The notes below the pieces were generated by a model. The model ran no database searches, was not told where the DNA came from, and was given only the letters and a program-made list of their open reading frames with translations. The translations under genes and the position numbers were made by a program. Of a DNA stretch of 64,000 nucleotides, positions 29,324-38,542 are shown in pieces. Source of the stretch: Gemmatimonadaceae bacterium (GTDB taxonomy: Bacteria; Gemmatimonadota; Gemmatimonadetes; Gemmatimonadales; Gemmatimonadaceae); the NCBI GenBank assembly GCA_051859245.1, contig JBHYGA010000001.1, positions 416,001 to 480,000 on the forward strand, read 5' to 3'. Numbering within the stretch: the stretch's first letter is position 1; each line of letters starts with the position of its first letter.

Positions 29324-29360
29324 GCCGCCAATATGCGATTGGGTTGTGCAAAGTCGCCAT

Positions 29361-29386
29361 ACGGAACGGTTCGCGAACCGTTCCGT
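29361..29386. promoter_or_regulatory. Perfect 26-bp palindrome (candidate operator)
   Basis: ACGGAACGGTTCGCGAACCGTTCCGT, in the centre of the 100-bp divergent intergenic region. Confidence 0.6.
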
Positions 29387-29423
29387 GCTTTTGCGTTATG
29401 CGCTGGCTTCGAATGTTCGGGCT

Positions 29424-30350
29424 ATGAAAACCTCCTTCATGCAGTCGAGCGGGCTTCTCGTTGGCGTTCTGCTGGCCACAAACGCTCATGCCCAAAGCAC
29501 CACCACTCGGCCACCGGTGATCGACGTGCATGTGCACGCAACCCCGCAGGCAGCGACGCGATGGCCGCGAAACGACTCACTGCTGAACATTCGATATCGC
29601 GTGGTGACGGCCGGGGCGCGCGACCTCGACGCGTGGCTGCGTACGGACACCAGCCGGATCATGCTGGCGATGGGGATGCCGTGCGACAAAGGACGCTCGG
29701 TGTTCACCGGCGCTCCGTGCTACACCACGTCCACGGATTTCCCTGATCTCGCGTGGCTTCGCCAGGAACTGCAGAACGGACGAGTACGTGCCCTCGCCGA
29801 GCTCACGCCGCAGTATCTGGGAATGTCGCCGGCTGATCCGAAGCTCGAACCGTTCTGGGAGTTGGCGGAGGAGTTCGATATTCCGGTCGGCTTGCACATG
29901 GGGTCAGGGCCACCATTCGCCGCGTATCCCGAGTCGCCACTCCCTGTTCCCACACCGAACTTTCGAGCAGCGTACAACGATCCACTGCTGCTCGAAGAAG
30001 TCCTGCTGCGACACAAGAAGCTGCGACTCTATCTCATGCACGCCGCGTGGCCTTTCGTTGATGGTGCGATTGCACTGCTCTATGCCCATCCGAACGTCTA
30101 TCTCGACGTGGGTGTCTTGCAGAACGAGCGGCTCGTACCACGCGCGTCGTACTACCGACATCTGCGCGGACTCGTGGAGGCCGGCTTTGCCCAACGTATC
30201 ATGTTCGGTTCGGACTCTCCGGTTGGACAGGAAGCGCCGGGGATCGACGCGATTCTTGCGGCCGATTTTCTGACGGCGGAACAGAAGACGGACATCCTCT
30301 GCGGTAATGCGCAACGATTCCTTCGTTTGCCGTTGACTATCTGCCAGTAG
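29424..30350 (+). CDS. Secreted amidohydrolase family protein (Amidohydro_2-like)
   Basis: Signal peptide ending AHA-Q; IDVHVH, GLHMG, MHAAWP, MFGSD. Confidence 0.9.
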   Translation: MKTSFMQSSGLLVGVLLATNAHAQSTTTRPPVIDVHVHATPQAATRWPRNDSLLNIRYRVVTAGARDLDAWLRTDTSRIMLAMGMPCDKGRSVFTGAPCYTTSTDFPDLAWLRQELQNGRVRALAELTPQYLGMSPADPKLEPFWELAEEFDIPVGLHMGSGPPFAAYPESPLPVPTPNFRAAYNDPLLLEEVLLRHKKLRLYLMHAAWPFVDGAIALLYAHPNVYLDVGVLQNERLVPRASYYRHLRGLVEAGFAQRIMFGSDSPVGQEAPGIDAILAADFLTAEQKTDILCGNAQRFLRLPLTICQ

Positions 30351-30365
30351 TTCGATGCGGCGAAC

Positions 30366-30869
30366 CTAGGCTGGCTTGCTCGAAGATTCTTGACCGAAGA
30401 GCGCGAGGGCCACAAGCCCAACCGCACCGGCAATAACAAGTCCGAGATGCAACGTGCTCAACGACACCACGCCAAGCAGCGGGTTGCGCGACGACAGCGG
30501 CGCGAACGGGTGCATGTCAGCGTGCATGATACCGTCAAAGATCAGATGTGAGCCTGTACCGATGAGTGCACTTAACAGCGCAGTGCGTGCGCTGATTGGT
30601 GCATATGCAGGACGCCCCGTTCCCGCGAGCGCTTTCAGCCACGCGTTGGCTATGGGGCGTGCGATCCACGCGCTACCCATACCAATCGCGATCGCGCCGA
30701 GTGCGGTGTGCGACCATCCGTGCAGGACCGCATCACCGCGAATAATGCGTACGAGTGGCTCAATGTCGATTGCGATCTGACTCGCGCCAAAGATCAGCAC
30801 CGAGAAGTTCAGACGGAGCGCCGGTTTGAGCAGCAGCGCGGCACCCATGTGGAATGGAGTGAACGGCAT
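30366..30869 (-). CDS. Membrane-bound metal-dependent hydrolase-like protein (DUF4184/YdjM-like)
   Basis: MPFTPFH, IDIEP, LHGWSHT, SHLIFDGIMH. Confidence 0.75.
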   Translation of the reverse strand: MPFTPFHMGAALLLKPALRLNFSVLIFGASQIAIDIEPLVRIIRGDAVLHGWSHTALGAIAIGMGSAWIARPIANAWLKALAGTGRPAYAPISARTALLSALIGTGSHLIFDGIMHADMHPFAPLSSRNPLLGVVSLSTLHLGLVIAGAVGLVALALFGQESSSKPA

Positions 30870-30890
30870 GGTCTTCTAGCCTCCGCGATT

Positions 30891-31490
30891 TCAGTGAGCG
30901 CAGCCACGCACAAGTATCGCGCTGACACGTCCTGACCCAGCATAAGGCTGCAGCATGACGCGCACATCGGACTCTGTACCGGAGAGAGCGCGCGCCGTCG
31001 CGTCGTCAAGGCGAAAGCTCAGGCCACACCACGGCGCGTCGTCGCTCCACACGAAAAAGTCCCCTTCGCCAAAGTCACCCTGCAGGTTCGGAATTGACAA
31101 CAATCGAGAAAGTGGTACGCCGACCTTCAGTGAATCCGCTGTCGCAAACAACGGCGATTCCACCATGATGGAGTTCACGCTGTTCTCCGTGATGCGGATG
31201 CGCAGGGTGTCCCCGCCCATCGTCGCGAGCAGCACACGCGTGGGATCGCCCTCTTCGTACGCGATGGTGTCACGCGCCGACGCGCACAAGGCGATCGCTG
31301 AGTCAGCTGACATGCCGAGTTGCAGCGAGCCAACATGCTGGCCATCAAGCTCGCCTGCACCACCGGCGCACGCCGACGCACTCATAACTGGCGTCGATGT
31401 CTCGTCTCGGGATTCCGAGCGATCGCCCTGCGCGCAGCCAAGCGCGATCGCAATAAGCGGAAGCCAGTACATTCGTTTCACCCGTTGCAT
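30891..31490 (-). CDS. Hypothetical lipoprotein
   Basis: Lipobox ALGC; GAGAG SD. Confidence 0.65.
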   Translation of the reverse strand: MQRVKRMYWLPLIAIALGCAQGDRSESRDETSTPVMSASACAGGAGELDGQHVGSLQLGMSADSAIALCASARDTIAYEEGDPTRVLLATMGGDTLRIRITENSVNSIMVESPLFATADSLKVGVPLSRLLSIPNLQGDFGEGDFFVWSDDAPWCGLSFRLDDATARALSGTESDVRVMLQPYAGSGRVSAILVRGCAH

Positions 31491-31507
31491 AGCTCTCTCA
31501 CCAACCG

Positions 31508-32776
31508 CTATTCGCGCGCGGCGGTCACGGCGTCATGTTCAACACGGAGCCGTACTACGTAGACCTCACCGTCCTCACCGGTTCGCGTGCCCCACGCCTG
31601 CTCGCCGCGCACGAGCATGAGACTCGTTCCTTTCGGGACGCGTACCTCGCCGAGGTATGTACCGTCTGGTTCAAACACGTCGTACACCGACGGCTCTCTC
31701 CACGACAATCTCGGCGCCCGCTGCTCCGTGCCGGCGTCGCCTTCGCCCGTGCGCTCGGCGGTCACATGACGTTGTACCCACACGCGACCATCCTGACCAA
31801 TGAGCAGCGCGCGATAGGGAGGTTTGGTTGTGGGAACGGGCGGCAACTCGGCGGTCATGAACCGCCCCTGATATTTGCGATACCAGTCGTTCACTGATTC
31901 GCGTTCCGCGCGCTCCTCCGGCAGCACCGGCACCGTCGAAGCGCTGCGCTCGATGCGAACCACTTGTCCGTTCGGCTTTCGCAGTTCCACGCGATATGTG
32001 CCGTTCACTGCGTTGCTCACACCAACGACCATATGGCCGAGCGGACTCCAGGCCCACAGCTTGGCCGGGAGAAACACGCCACCGGCGGTTGTTGGTTCGC
32101 CTTCAATCGCGGGTATGCTGATGGAGTCTACGATGCGGCCCTGATCGTCCACGTGTAAAAATCCAATATTCCACGGTCGATCTTTCTCCGGTTGTGAAAG
32201 AAGAATCTTGAGAAACACGTGATCGGCAGTGTCGAGCACCATCGCGTTGGCCGTGAACAGTCCACTCGCCACCGGCATTTGTGTGCTGGGCGTGCCATCC
32301 GGCTCGTACACATTGAGGCGCGAGTTGCGCGGATCACGCAGCACGATGCGGCCGTCGCTGCGAACCGCCAGGCCAAGCGCGGCGTCCTCATACTCTCCAG
32401 GTCCGCTGCCTTTGCCACCGAGCGTGCGGACGTAGTTGCCGCTGGCGTCGAAGTAGCGAAGCGCCGGTGCGCCGCCGTCGAACACATAGATGCCATCCGA
32501 CGTATCGACCGCGAGTTCCTGAATACTGCCGAACATCAGTTCGTCTCGCCCTTCAAGCACGCCGATGGCCAGATCTTCGCGCATTATGACGGAGTCGCCC
32601 CATACGCTGCCGGCAACGGTGCGTACCACGAGCGTGTCGCCAATTGTCTGTCGTTCGACTTGCCATGTGCCTTGCTGTTCGTTGTCTGCGCTTGCGCAGC
32701 TGGCGAGCAGCACGATCGCTGCGACTGCAATGAGCTCGTGTGCGTTGCGTGGACGTACAAATCGAAGGCGTGGCAC
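31508..32776 (-). CDS. 6-bladed beta-propeller lipoprotein
   Basis: GAGG SD before GTG 32776; lipobox LASC; LGGKGSGPGEY; YDVFEPDGTYLGEV. Confidence 0.85.
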   Translation of the reverse strand: MPRLRFVRPRNAHELIAVAAIVLLASCASADNEQQGTWQVERQTIGDTLVVRTVAGSVWGDSVIMREDLAIGVLEGRDELMFGSIQELAVDTSDGIYVFDGGAPALRYFDASGNYVRTLGGKGSGPGEYEDAALGLAVRSDGRIVLRDPRNSRLNVYEPDGTPSTQMPVASGLFTANAMVLDTADHVFLKILLSQPEKDRPWNIGFLHVDDQGRIVDSISIPAIEGEPTTAGGVFLPAKLWAWSPLGHMVVGVSNAVNGTYRVELRKPNGQVVRIERSASTVPVLPEERAERESVNDWYRKYQGRFMTAELPPVPTTKPPYRALLIGQDGRVWVQRHVTAERTGEGDAGTEQRAPRLSWREPSVYDVFEPDGTYLGEVRVPKGTSLMLVRGEQAWGTRTGEDGEVYVVRLRVEHDAVTAARE

Positions 32777-32793
32777 GATAGTTCCTCTTTTGT

Positions 32794-32870
32794 TCACGGT
32801 TCGACGCGCAGTCGATGCAGCGCCACGCGCTCCACACCAAGCGAGTCGCGCATCCTTCCCACGACAAGAG
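32794..32870 (-). pseudogene. C-terminal remnant of another 6-bladed propeller gene
   Basis: Manual translation LVVGRMRDSLGVERVALHRLRVEP* matches the family C-terminus (compare VLTHEQDSLGVERVRQYTL in 34423-35709). Confidence 0.55.
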
Positions 32871-32912
32871 CAGGCACTGAATCGACGTATGGCGAGAAGC
32901 GCGCGCATATAC

Positions 32913-34433
32913 TCAGGGTACTCGTTTCGGTCCGAGAGTATCCAACATCCGTTGCGCGTCAGTCAGCATGTCGCCGGTCATTCCACTGTTTACGATGCGC
33001 TGAAGATAGGTGCGAGCCTCGGCAGGATTCGTTTGCGCCGTCATCTGCGCGAGTGCCATCCAACTCCACCCGCTGAAGAGACGACGAAGGAAATCAGGCT
33101 CCTGATTCGGTAGTGCAAGAATGCGTTGAAAGATGGCGCTGCTTTCGCTGACACGTCCGTGCTGCTGGAGCAAGTAGCCCTGCGCGAGCAGTATCCATCG
33201 GTTATATGGATGCTCGCGCAGCAGTTGCTCACCGTCAACGATTGCACGTTCGCGGGCCGCAGAGTCTTGCAGGCGCAGCGTGGCAAAGTGAAGCACGGGG
33301 TCCGGACCAAAGTCGCGGTAGCGATCGCGAGCGAGATCAGTCTTCTGCTTCGCCTTGGCCACGCTGTCGGTCCAGATGTCAAGCAGCGCCCAGGCTATCA
33401 GCTCGTCACGGTATTGGTATGTCGTGCGTGATTCACGCGCTGCCACAGCGTCCGCAAGCGCGGCGTCCGATCGTTCCGGGCGATCCAGCGGCGCGCCAGG
33501 TGGAGAGAACGCAAAGAGGCGCAAGAAACTCATCGCAAACGGTGACTTGGTTACATCTCCCATGAGCAGGCGAAACGGGTCACTGAGCACGTTCGAGTTT
33601 GCGAGGATGAACAGCGAAAGCTTCCGTTCGGGAAGGCGAACAAGTAGCGCTCCTGAGTGTTCCGGATCATCCTGGCCAAAACTCCACATCACGCGCTGCC
33701 CTTGCACAGTTTGCGCAAACCAGCCAGCGCTCACCGGGAGCGTAGACTGTGATGGCGTGCGAGATGGTACGGCAAGTCGCTCCAATGCATCAGCCGACAA
33801 AAGCGTTCCGCGCTCCAGCGCCGCCAGGTACGCCGCCATGTCGTCAACCGTAGACACGAGACCAGCGTGCGAACCGAGGTAAGGCGACGGGTACGCGCGC
33901 ATCGCGGCGCGATCGAGCACTCGCGAACGGACCACCGCCTCAAAACTCGAGTCGGTCACCGCTTCAATGATCGTTCCAAGCATGGCGTACCGCGAACTCG
34001 AGTACACGTACTCTGTGCCCACGTCGCCCTCCGACGTGTGCGAGAGCAGATGCCGTACGCTCACGCCAGTCGGCACTCCCAATTCGGGTGCATACTGCAG
34101 CGCAGGTGCATCGAGGTTGAGCCGACCTTCCTCCACGAGCTGTAGTGCGATGACTGCCGTCATCGATTTGGTCACCGACGCAATGCGAAGTGGCGTAGAC
34201 GTTGCGAATGCGGCGTGATCGGCCTCCTGGGCGACGCCAAACGCACGTGAGGCGACGACGCCACTGTCCGAGACGATGACGTAGGCGAGGCCTGGGATTG
34301 CAAGCGCCGACTGAAGATCCCGGAGTTCTGCTTCAAACACTTTAACGTTCTGCGTCCAGTCGCTCGACTGCTCTGCGCTGCTGCACCCCACGAGCAGTGC
34401 AACAAGCGCAACGATACAGCGGCTACCGGGCAC
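32913..34433 (-). CDS. Serine hydrolase (beta-lactamase family) lipoprotein with TPR-like C-terminus
   Basis: Lipobox LVGC, IASVTK (SxxK), LLSHTS, YSS; helical C-terminus. Confidence 0.88.
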   Translation of the reverse strand: MPGSRCIVALVALLVGCSSAEQSSDWTQNVKVFEAELRDLQSALAIPGLAYVIVSDSGVVASRAFGVAQEADHAAFATSTPLRIASVTKSMTAVIALQLVEEGRLNLDAPALQYAPELGVPTGVSVRHLLSHTSEGDVGTEYVYSSSRYAMLGTIIEAVTDSSFEAVVRSRVLDRAAMRAYPSPYLGSHAGLVSTVDDMAAYLAALERGTLLSADALERLAVPSRTPSQSTLPVSAGWFAQTVQGQRVMWSFGQDDPEHSGALLVRLPERKLSLFILANSNVLSDPFRLLMGDVTKSPFAMSFLRLFAFSPPGAPLDRPERSDAALADAVAARESRTTYQYRDELIAWALLDIWTDSVAKAKQKTDLARDRYRDFGPDPVLHFATLRLQDSAARERAIVDGEQLLREHPYNRWILLAQGYLLQQHGRVSESSAIFQRILALPNQEPDFLRRLFSGWSWMALAQMTAQTNPAEARTYLQRIVNSGMTGDMLTDAQRMLDTLGPKRVP

Positions 34434-35709
34434 CGGTCGCGACCTCCTGTGCCGCCTGCAGCGTGTACTGCCTCACCCGCTCAACACCCAGCGAATCCTG
34501 CTCGTGCGTGAGCACATAGTCTGCACCAAACTCCAGCACATCATCAAAGCGCGGCGTTGTCATGCGACAGGCAAATCGGCCGTCCGCGTTGAACGCAATC
34601 CAGCGATGCTCCGCGGGGTCGCGCGGACGAGGATACTCGCGCACCCACAGCCGTCTGTCACGTGCAATGCGCAACCGACCAAAGGCAGGGAATCGTTCGG
34701 CAATGGGTCGTTTGTCGCTGAGCTCCGGCGCGATAAACCGCGCGCGCATCTCTGGCGGCAGCTTGGCACCACTCGCCTCAACGCGAGCGCGCTCCGCGCT
34801 GATGTCCTCGCTGAGAACCGTTCGATCACCGGCGTTCCAGCGAATGATGAGCGACACCGGAAACCCACGCGCTGGTTGATGCACGCGCAACTCGGTTTCT
34901 GATGCGTGCCCGAGGACAATTCGTTCGTCCCGCGCCGCCATCACCGCGAATGATTCGAACAACGGAAAGTGCCAGGGATACTCAGGGCCGGCGATTGCTT
35001 GCCCCCATCGCCCGTTTGGCATGCGAGCAATCGTATCGGTGAGGCGGCCGTCGTTCGCGTGCAGCACGATGGTCATGAAGCGCTCGCGAAATGTGCCTTC
35101 CGCGTCGCGCTCAAGGCGCTCTTCCTGACCCAGCATCATTCGGCCGTCGTGCAGCACGTTCATTGTGCCGGGCGTGTTCGGATATTGCGGTGTCGGGCGC
35201 ACCGTGCGCACCCACTGACCATCCGGACCGAGCACAAGAAACTGAAACGGGCGATAGTCACCCACATACAGCGTGTCGCCAGGCAACCAGTGAATGTAGA
35301 ACGCATCGGAGAACTCGCCGGGGCCTTGACCTTCGCGTCCGTACGCGCGCACGAACTGACCGTCGGGCGCAAAGAACCGCACCTCATGCGAGCCGCCGTT
35401 TACCACGGCGATCGTGCCGTCGGTAAGTCGCGTCGCGCCGAACACTCGGAACAACGTTGACTCGTCATCTCCTTCATCGGTGCCAATCGACGTGATCGGC
35501 GCTGGCGAGATGCTGCAGACGTTGTTGAGTTGCGTCAGATCGTTCGTCACAATGGACACGCCACCGCTGTCGCGCGCAACAATCGCCTCTGCGGAACTGC
35601 CGCCGGAATCGCTGCACGCGGTCGTAAGCGTAAACACCAGCGCGGCGATGTACCGACGACGGTATGCTGTCTGCGCGATCGAGTCCGACGCTGTGCAAAA
35701 TGACGTCAT
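34423..35709 (-). CDS. 6-bladed beta-propeller lipoprotein
   Basis: TTAC lipobox-like, RDSGGVSIV, GREGQGPGEF, DSLGVERV. Confidence 0.85.
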   Translation of the reverse strand: MTSFCTASDSIAQTAYRRRYIAALVFTLTTACSDSGGSSAEAIVARDSGGVSIVTNDLTQLNNVCSISPAPITSIGTDEGDDESTLFRVFGATRLTDGTIAVVNGGSHEVRFFAPDGQFVRAYGREGQGPGEFSDAFYIHWLPGDTLYVGDYRPFQFLVLGPDGQWVRTVRPTPQYPNTPGTMNVLHDGRMMLGQEERLERDAEGTFRERFMTIVLHANDGRLTDTIARMPNGRWGQAIAGPEYPWHFPLFESFAVMAARDERIVLGHASETELRVHQPARGFPVSLIIRWNAGDRTVLSEDISAERARVEASGAKLPPEMRARFIAPELSDKRPIAERFPAFGRLRIARDRRLWVREYPRPRDPAEHRWIAFNADGRFACRMTTPRFDDVLEFGADYVLTHEQDSLGVERVRQYTLQAAQEVATGAR

Positions 35710-35836
35710 GGCGGTGCGGGTGAGTGGGCGACGTGCAGTCCGTGTCCGCGTGCCGCATACGTGAGTTGGAGAGGCACAGAAAAAGAAAGTGCGATTCCGA
35801 CACACAGACCCGCAAGTCGCCGCTGCTCAACCCATG

Positions 35837-36223
35837 CTACTTCTGTTGCGCGATCTGCAGCAGGTTGCCGCACGTGTCGTCAAACACTGCAGTAATCACA
35901 GGACCAAAATCCGTCGGCGGCTGCACAAATCGCACGCCCTTCGTGCGGAGCGCGGCATGTGTAGCGAACACATCTGTAACGGCGAATGAGTTGAACGGAA
36001 TGCCGTCTTCCATGAGTGCGTTTTTGAACGGAGGTACCGCTGGATGTGACGACGGTTCGAGCACAATCTCCGGACCGTCAGCGCGATCGGGCGCGACAAC
36101 CGTGAGCCATCGATGTTCGCCCAGCGGAATGTCGTGCTTCAGCTGGAAGCCGAGCGTGTTGGTGTAGAAGTCGAGCGCTTTCGCCTGATCGTCGACAAAA
36201 ATTGAGGTGAGTGTGATGTGCAT
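35837..36223 (-). CDS. VOC/glyoxalase family protein
   Basis: IFVDDQAKALDFYTNTLGF and FDDTCGNLLQI. Confidence 0.93.
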   Translation of the reverse strand: MHITLTSIFVDDQAKALDFYTNTLGFQLKHDIPLGEHRWLTVVAPDRADGPEIVLEPSSHPAVPPFKNALMEDGIPFNSFAVTDVFATHAALRTKGVRFVQPPTDFGPVITAVFDDTCGNLLQIAQQK

Positions 36224-36510
36224 GGGGGGAGTGGGTTGGTGGTGGTGCCGAGCCAGCGTTCGGTGATAACCGAGAGTGGGGTGGGGTCCAGATCGTGGTG
36301 TTTGCAGCGGCCGACCTTACGCGTGCGCACGAGTCCGACGTCCTCGAGTACGGCCAGGTGTTGACTGACCGCTTGGCGACTGAGCGCCAACCCGTGCTTC
36401 ATCGTGATCCGTGCGACCAGCGAGAAGAGCGTCTGTCCGTTCTCCTCGCGCAGTTCATCGAGCAACGCACGACGTGCGGGAGCGGCGAGGGCTTCGAAGA
36501 TGTCGGTCAC
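36139..36510 (-). CDS. ArsR/SmtB family transcriptional regulator
   Basis: IFEALAAPARRALLDEL and SRQAVSQHLAVLEDVGLV. The C-terminal tail overlaps the VOC gene by 85 bp. Confidence 0.88.
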   Translation of the reverse strand: MTDIFEALAAPARRALLDELREENGQTLFSLVARITMKHGLALSRQAVSQHLAVLEDVGLVRTRKVGRCKHHDLDPTPLSVITERWLGTTTNPLPPCTSHSPQFLSTIRRKRSTSTPTRSASS

Positions 36511-36516
36511 ACGTAG

Positions 36517-36546
36517 TAAATAGGCAAGTCACAACTTGCCTGTCAA
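36517..36546 (-). promoter_or_regulatory. Promoter with inverted-repeat operator upstream of arsR-like gene
   Basis: Minus-strand TTGACA-N18-TATTTA; AGGCAAGT-caca-ACTTGCCT palindrome at 36522-36541. Confidence 0.65.
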
Positions 36547-36576
36547 GGAGACCCGGACGCACCGACCCCGCGCGCA

Positions 36577-37125
36577 TCAGTCCGCAAACTGACGCGCGTA
36601 GTCCTTGTGCAGCCGCTGCCAACCCGGAGTCTGGAGCGCGTCAATCCCTGCAATGCGGCCGAGCGGCGCGCCCGACAACAAGTGATCCAGCACGTCGAAG
36701 CACACATGCCAACCAGCCGCGCCCATTGCGATGTAGCGGCGATCGATGCGCGTCCACAGCGTAAGCTGCGTGCCAGAGCCCTTCGGCTCGAGCTCCCATC
36801 GCATGTCGTGTCCGCCCCACTGATACACCAGCACGCGCGGCGCTTCCGCACGAATGACCGTGGTTTCTGATTCCATCAGCGAACCGGTGCCAACCGTGGT
36901 GAGCGTTACTGTAGCACCGGGCACGGCCAGGCTCCCGTTCGCATCAAACGGTGCCCACTCGCGCAGCTGCGCGGGATCAGTGAGCGCGGCCCACACCAAT
37001 TCCGGCGCATGTCGTAACTCACGCACAATGATCAGTCCCCAACTGTCGCCGTTCTCGCGCAATACACGCGCGCCGACGTTCGCACCAACGTTCGCACTCG
37101 GCTCGTAGTCTTCGTGATTGGTCAT
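36577..37125 (-). CDS. SRPBCC (AHSA1-like) family protein
   Basis: RELRHAPELVWAALTDPAQLREWAPF and AAGWHVCFDVL. Confidence 0.9.
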   Translation of the reverse strand: MTNHEDYEPSANVGANVGARVLRENGDSWGLIIVRELRHAPELVWAALTDPAQLREWAPFDANGSLAVPGATVTLTTVGTGSLMESETTVIRAEAPRVLVYQWGGHDMRWELEPKGSGTQLTLWTRIDRRYIAMGAAGWHVCFDVLDHLLSGAPLGRIAGIDALQTPGWQRLHKDYARQFAD

Positions 37126-37131
37126 TGGGCG

Positions 37132-37509
37132 TTACGCTCCCACCGGATCGCGAACGAACCGACCGTACGCCACGAACACGAGCAACAGCGCCATCAGCGC
37201 GCTGAACACCAGCGGATTCTCGGCAGCAAATCTGGTGGAGTAGCGCGCGTAAAACATCGAGATCGCGATTGCTTCGACCAGTAGCACGATTGCAACCGTT
37301 GCTGTGTGGTTGGACAAGAATCGCAGTGACGCGGGAAGCACCAGCAACACGCCGCCAATCACTTCAATCACACCAAGGAGTTGCCACCCGATTGATGGCA
37401 TGCTTGCGAACTGTGATGCCAGTTCGGCGGACTTGAACAGTTTGTAACCGCCGCCGGAGATGAGCAGCAGTGCGAGGATGGCCTGAGCGGCCCACAGCAG
37501 AACGTTCAT
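37132..37509 (-). CDS. DoxX-like membrane protein
   Basis: LWAAQAILALLLISGGGYKL, LGVIEVIGGVLLVLP, FVAYGRF. Confidence 0.85.
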   Translation of the reverse strand: MNVLLWAAQAILALLLISGGGYKLFKSAELASQFASMPSIGWQLLGVIEVIGGVLLVLPASLRFLSNHTATVAIVLLVEAIAISMFYARYSTRFAAENPLVFSALMALLLVFVAYGRFVRDPVGA

Positions 37510-37538
37510 GACACGGGGAGTGGGAGTGCGGTGGTGGA

Positions 37539-37874
37539 CTACGGCTCAGGCGTGTCGCACGTGGCGGACGCCTGCACGCGGTCGAGATGGCGTTCGAGAG
37601 CGTCGATGTGCGGCGTCCAGAACCGTCGGAACGGCTCGAGCCAGCTATCAAGCGATTGCAGCGGCTCGGGACGGATGCGATAGCGACGACGCTGCGCGTC
37701 GACGGTGGCTTCGACGAAGCCAGCATCGCGAAGGACTCGCAGATGCTTGGATACCGTGGGCTGCGGCAGCTGCAGCCGGCGTTCGAGATCGCCCACCGAC
37801 TGCTCCTCGCCGAGCAGGAGGGTCAGAATGGCGCGGCGATTGGGCTCGGCGAGTACGGCGAAGACAGATTCCAT
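37539..37874 (-). CDS. ArsR/SmtB family transcriptional regulator
   Basis: FAVLAEPNRRAIL and QPTVSKHLRVLRDAGFV. Confidence 0.93.
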   Translation of the reverse strand: MESVFAVLAEPNRRAILTLLLGEEQSVGDLERRLQLPQPTVSKHLRVLRDAGFVEATVDAQRRRYRIRPEPLQSLDSWLEPFRRFWTPHIDALERHLDRVQASATCDTPEP

Positions 37875-37878
37875 GAAA

Positions 37879-37909
37879 GTATATACACATCAATGTATAT
37901 ACGTGTCAA
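37879..37909 (-). promoter_or_regulatory. Promoter with symmetric operator upstream of the second arsR-like gene
   Basis: GTATATAC-N8-GTATATAC (37879-37902); minus-strand TTGACA at 37909-37904. Confidence 0.65.
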
Positions 37910-38018
37910 GGCATAGAAAGTGCGTTGTTTGACCGGGTAATGCGAGAAAACACCTGGTCGAGCGGTCAGTTCAGCTTGTCACCAACTCATGTCATCCAGA
38001 AACGAAAACGAAAGCGCC

Positions 38019-38414
38019 ATGCCACAATCCAGCATTTTGCGAGTTGCACGCCCCACCGATCACCTCACGCGCGTGGTCGAGATGTACTGCGCGGGACTTG
38101 GCTTTTCCGAGCTCGCCACCTTCCACGATCACGAGGGGTTTGATGGCGCGATCCTCGGGCTGGCGTCGCATCCGTACCACCTGGAGTTCACGCACCATCG
38201 TGGTCACAGTGTGGGCCGAGCACCGACTGCGGACAACCTGCTGGTCTTCTACGAGCCGGACGAAGCCGCGTGGCAGGCTCGATGTGATGCCATGGAGCGA
38301 GCGGGATTTGTGCTCGTTCCTTCGTACAATCCGTACTGGGATCGCGCCGGACGCACATTCGAAGATGTGGACGGTTATCGCGTGGTGATTCAGCGCGATT
38401 CGTGGCGACTGTGA
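38019..38414 (+). CDS. VOC family protein (YycE-like)
   Basis: LRVARPTDHL, FHDHEGFDG, YHLEFT, NPYW, TFEDVDGYRVVIQ. Confidence 0.9.
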   Translation: MPQSSILRVARPTDHLTRVVEMYCAGLGFSELATFHDHEGFDGAILGLASHPYHLEFTHHRGHSVGRAPTADNLLVFYEPDEAAWQARCDAMERAGFVLVPSYNPYWDRAGRTFEDVDGYRVVIQRDSWRL

Positions 38415-38542
38415 TCGCGAGTGCGTTTCACGCGATCGCACGATGCAGCCGTCTCAGCGGGCATCACGGTGTCCTCGCGCCTTGAGCCAACTCACCCTAT
38501 ACTCGAGGCACGCCGACCCTCTTTCCCGCCCCGGAGTGAAGC

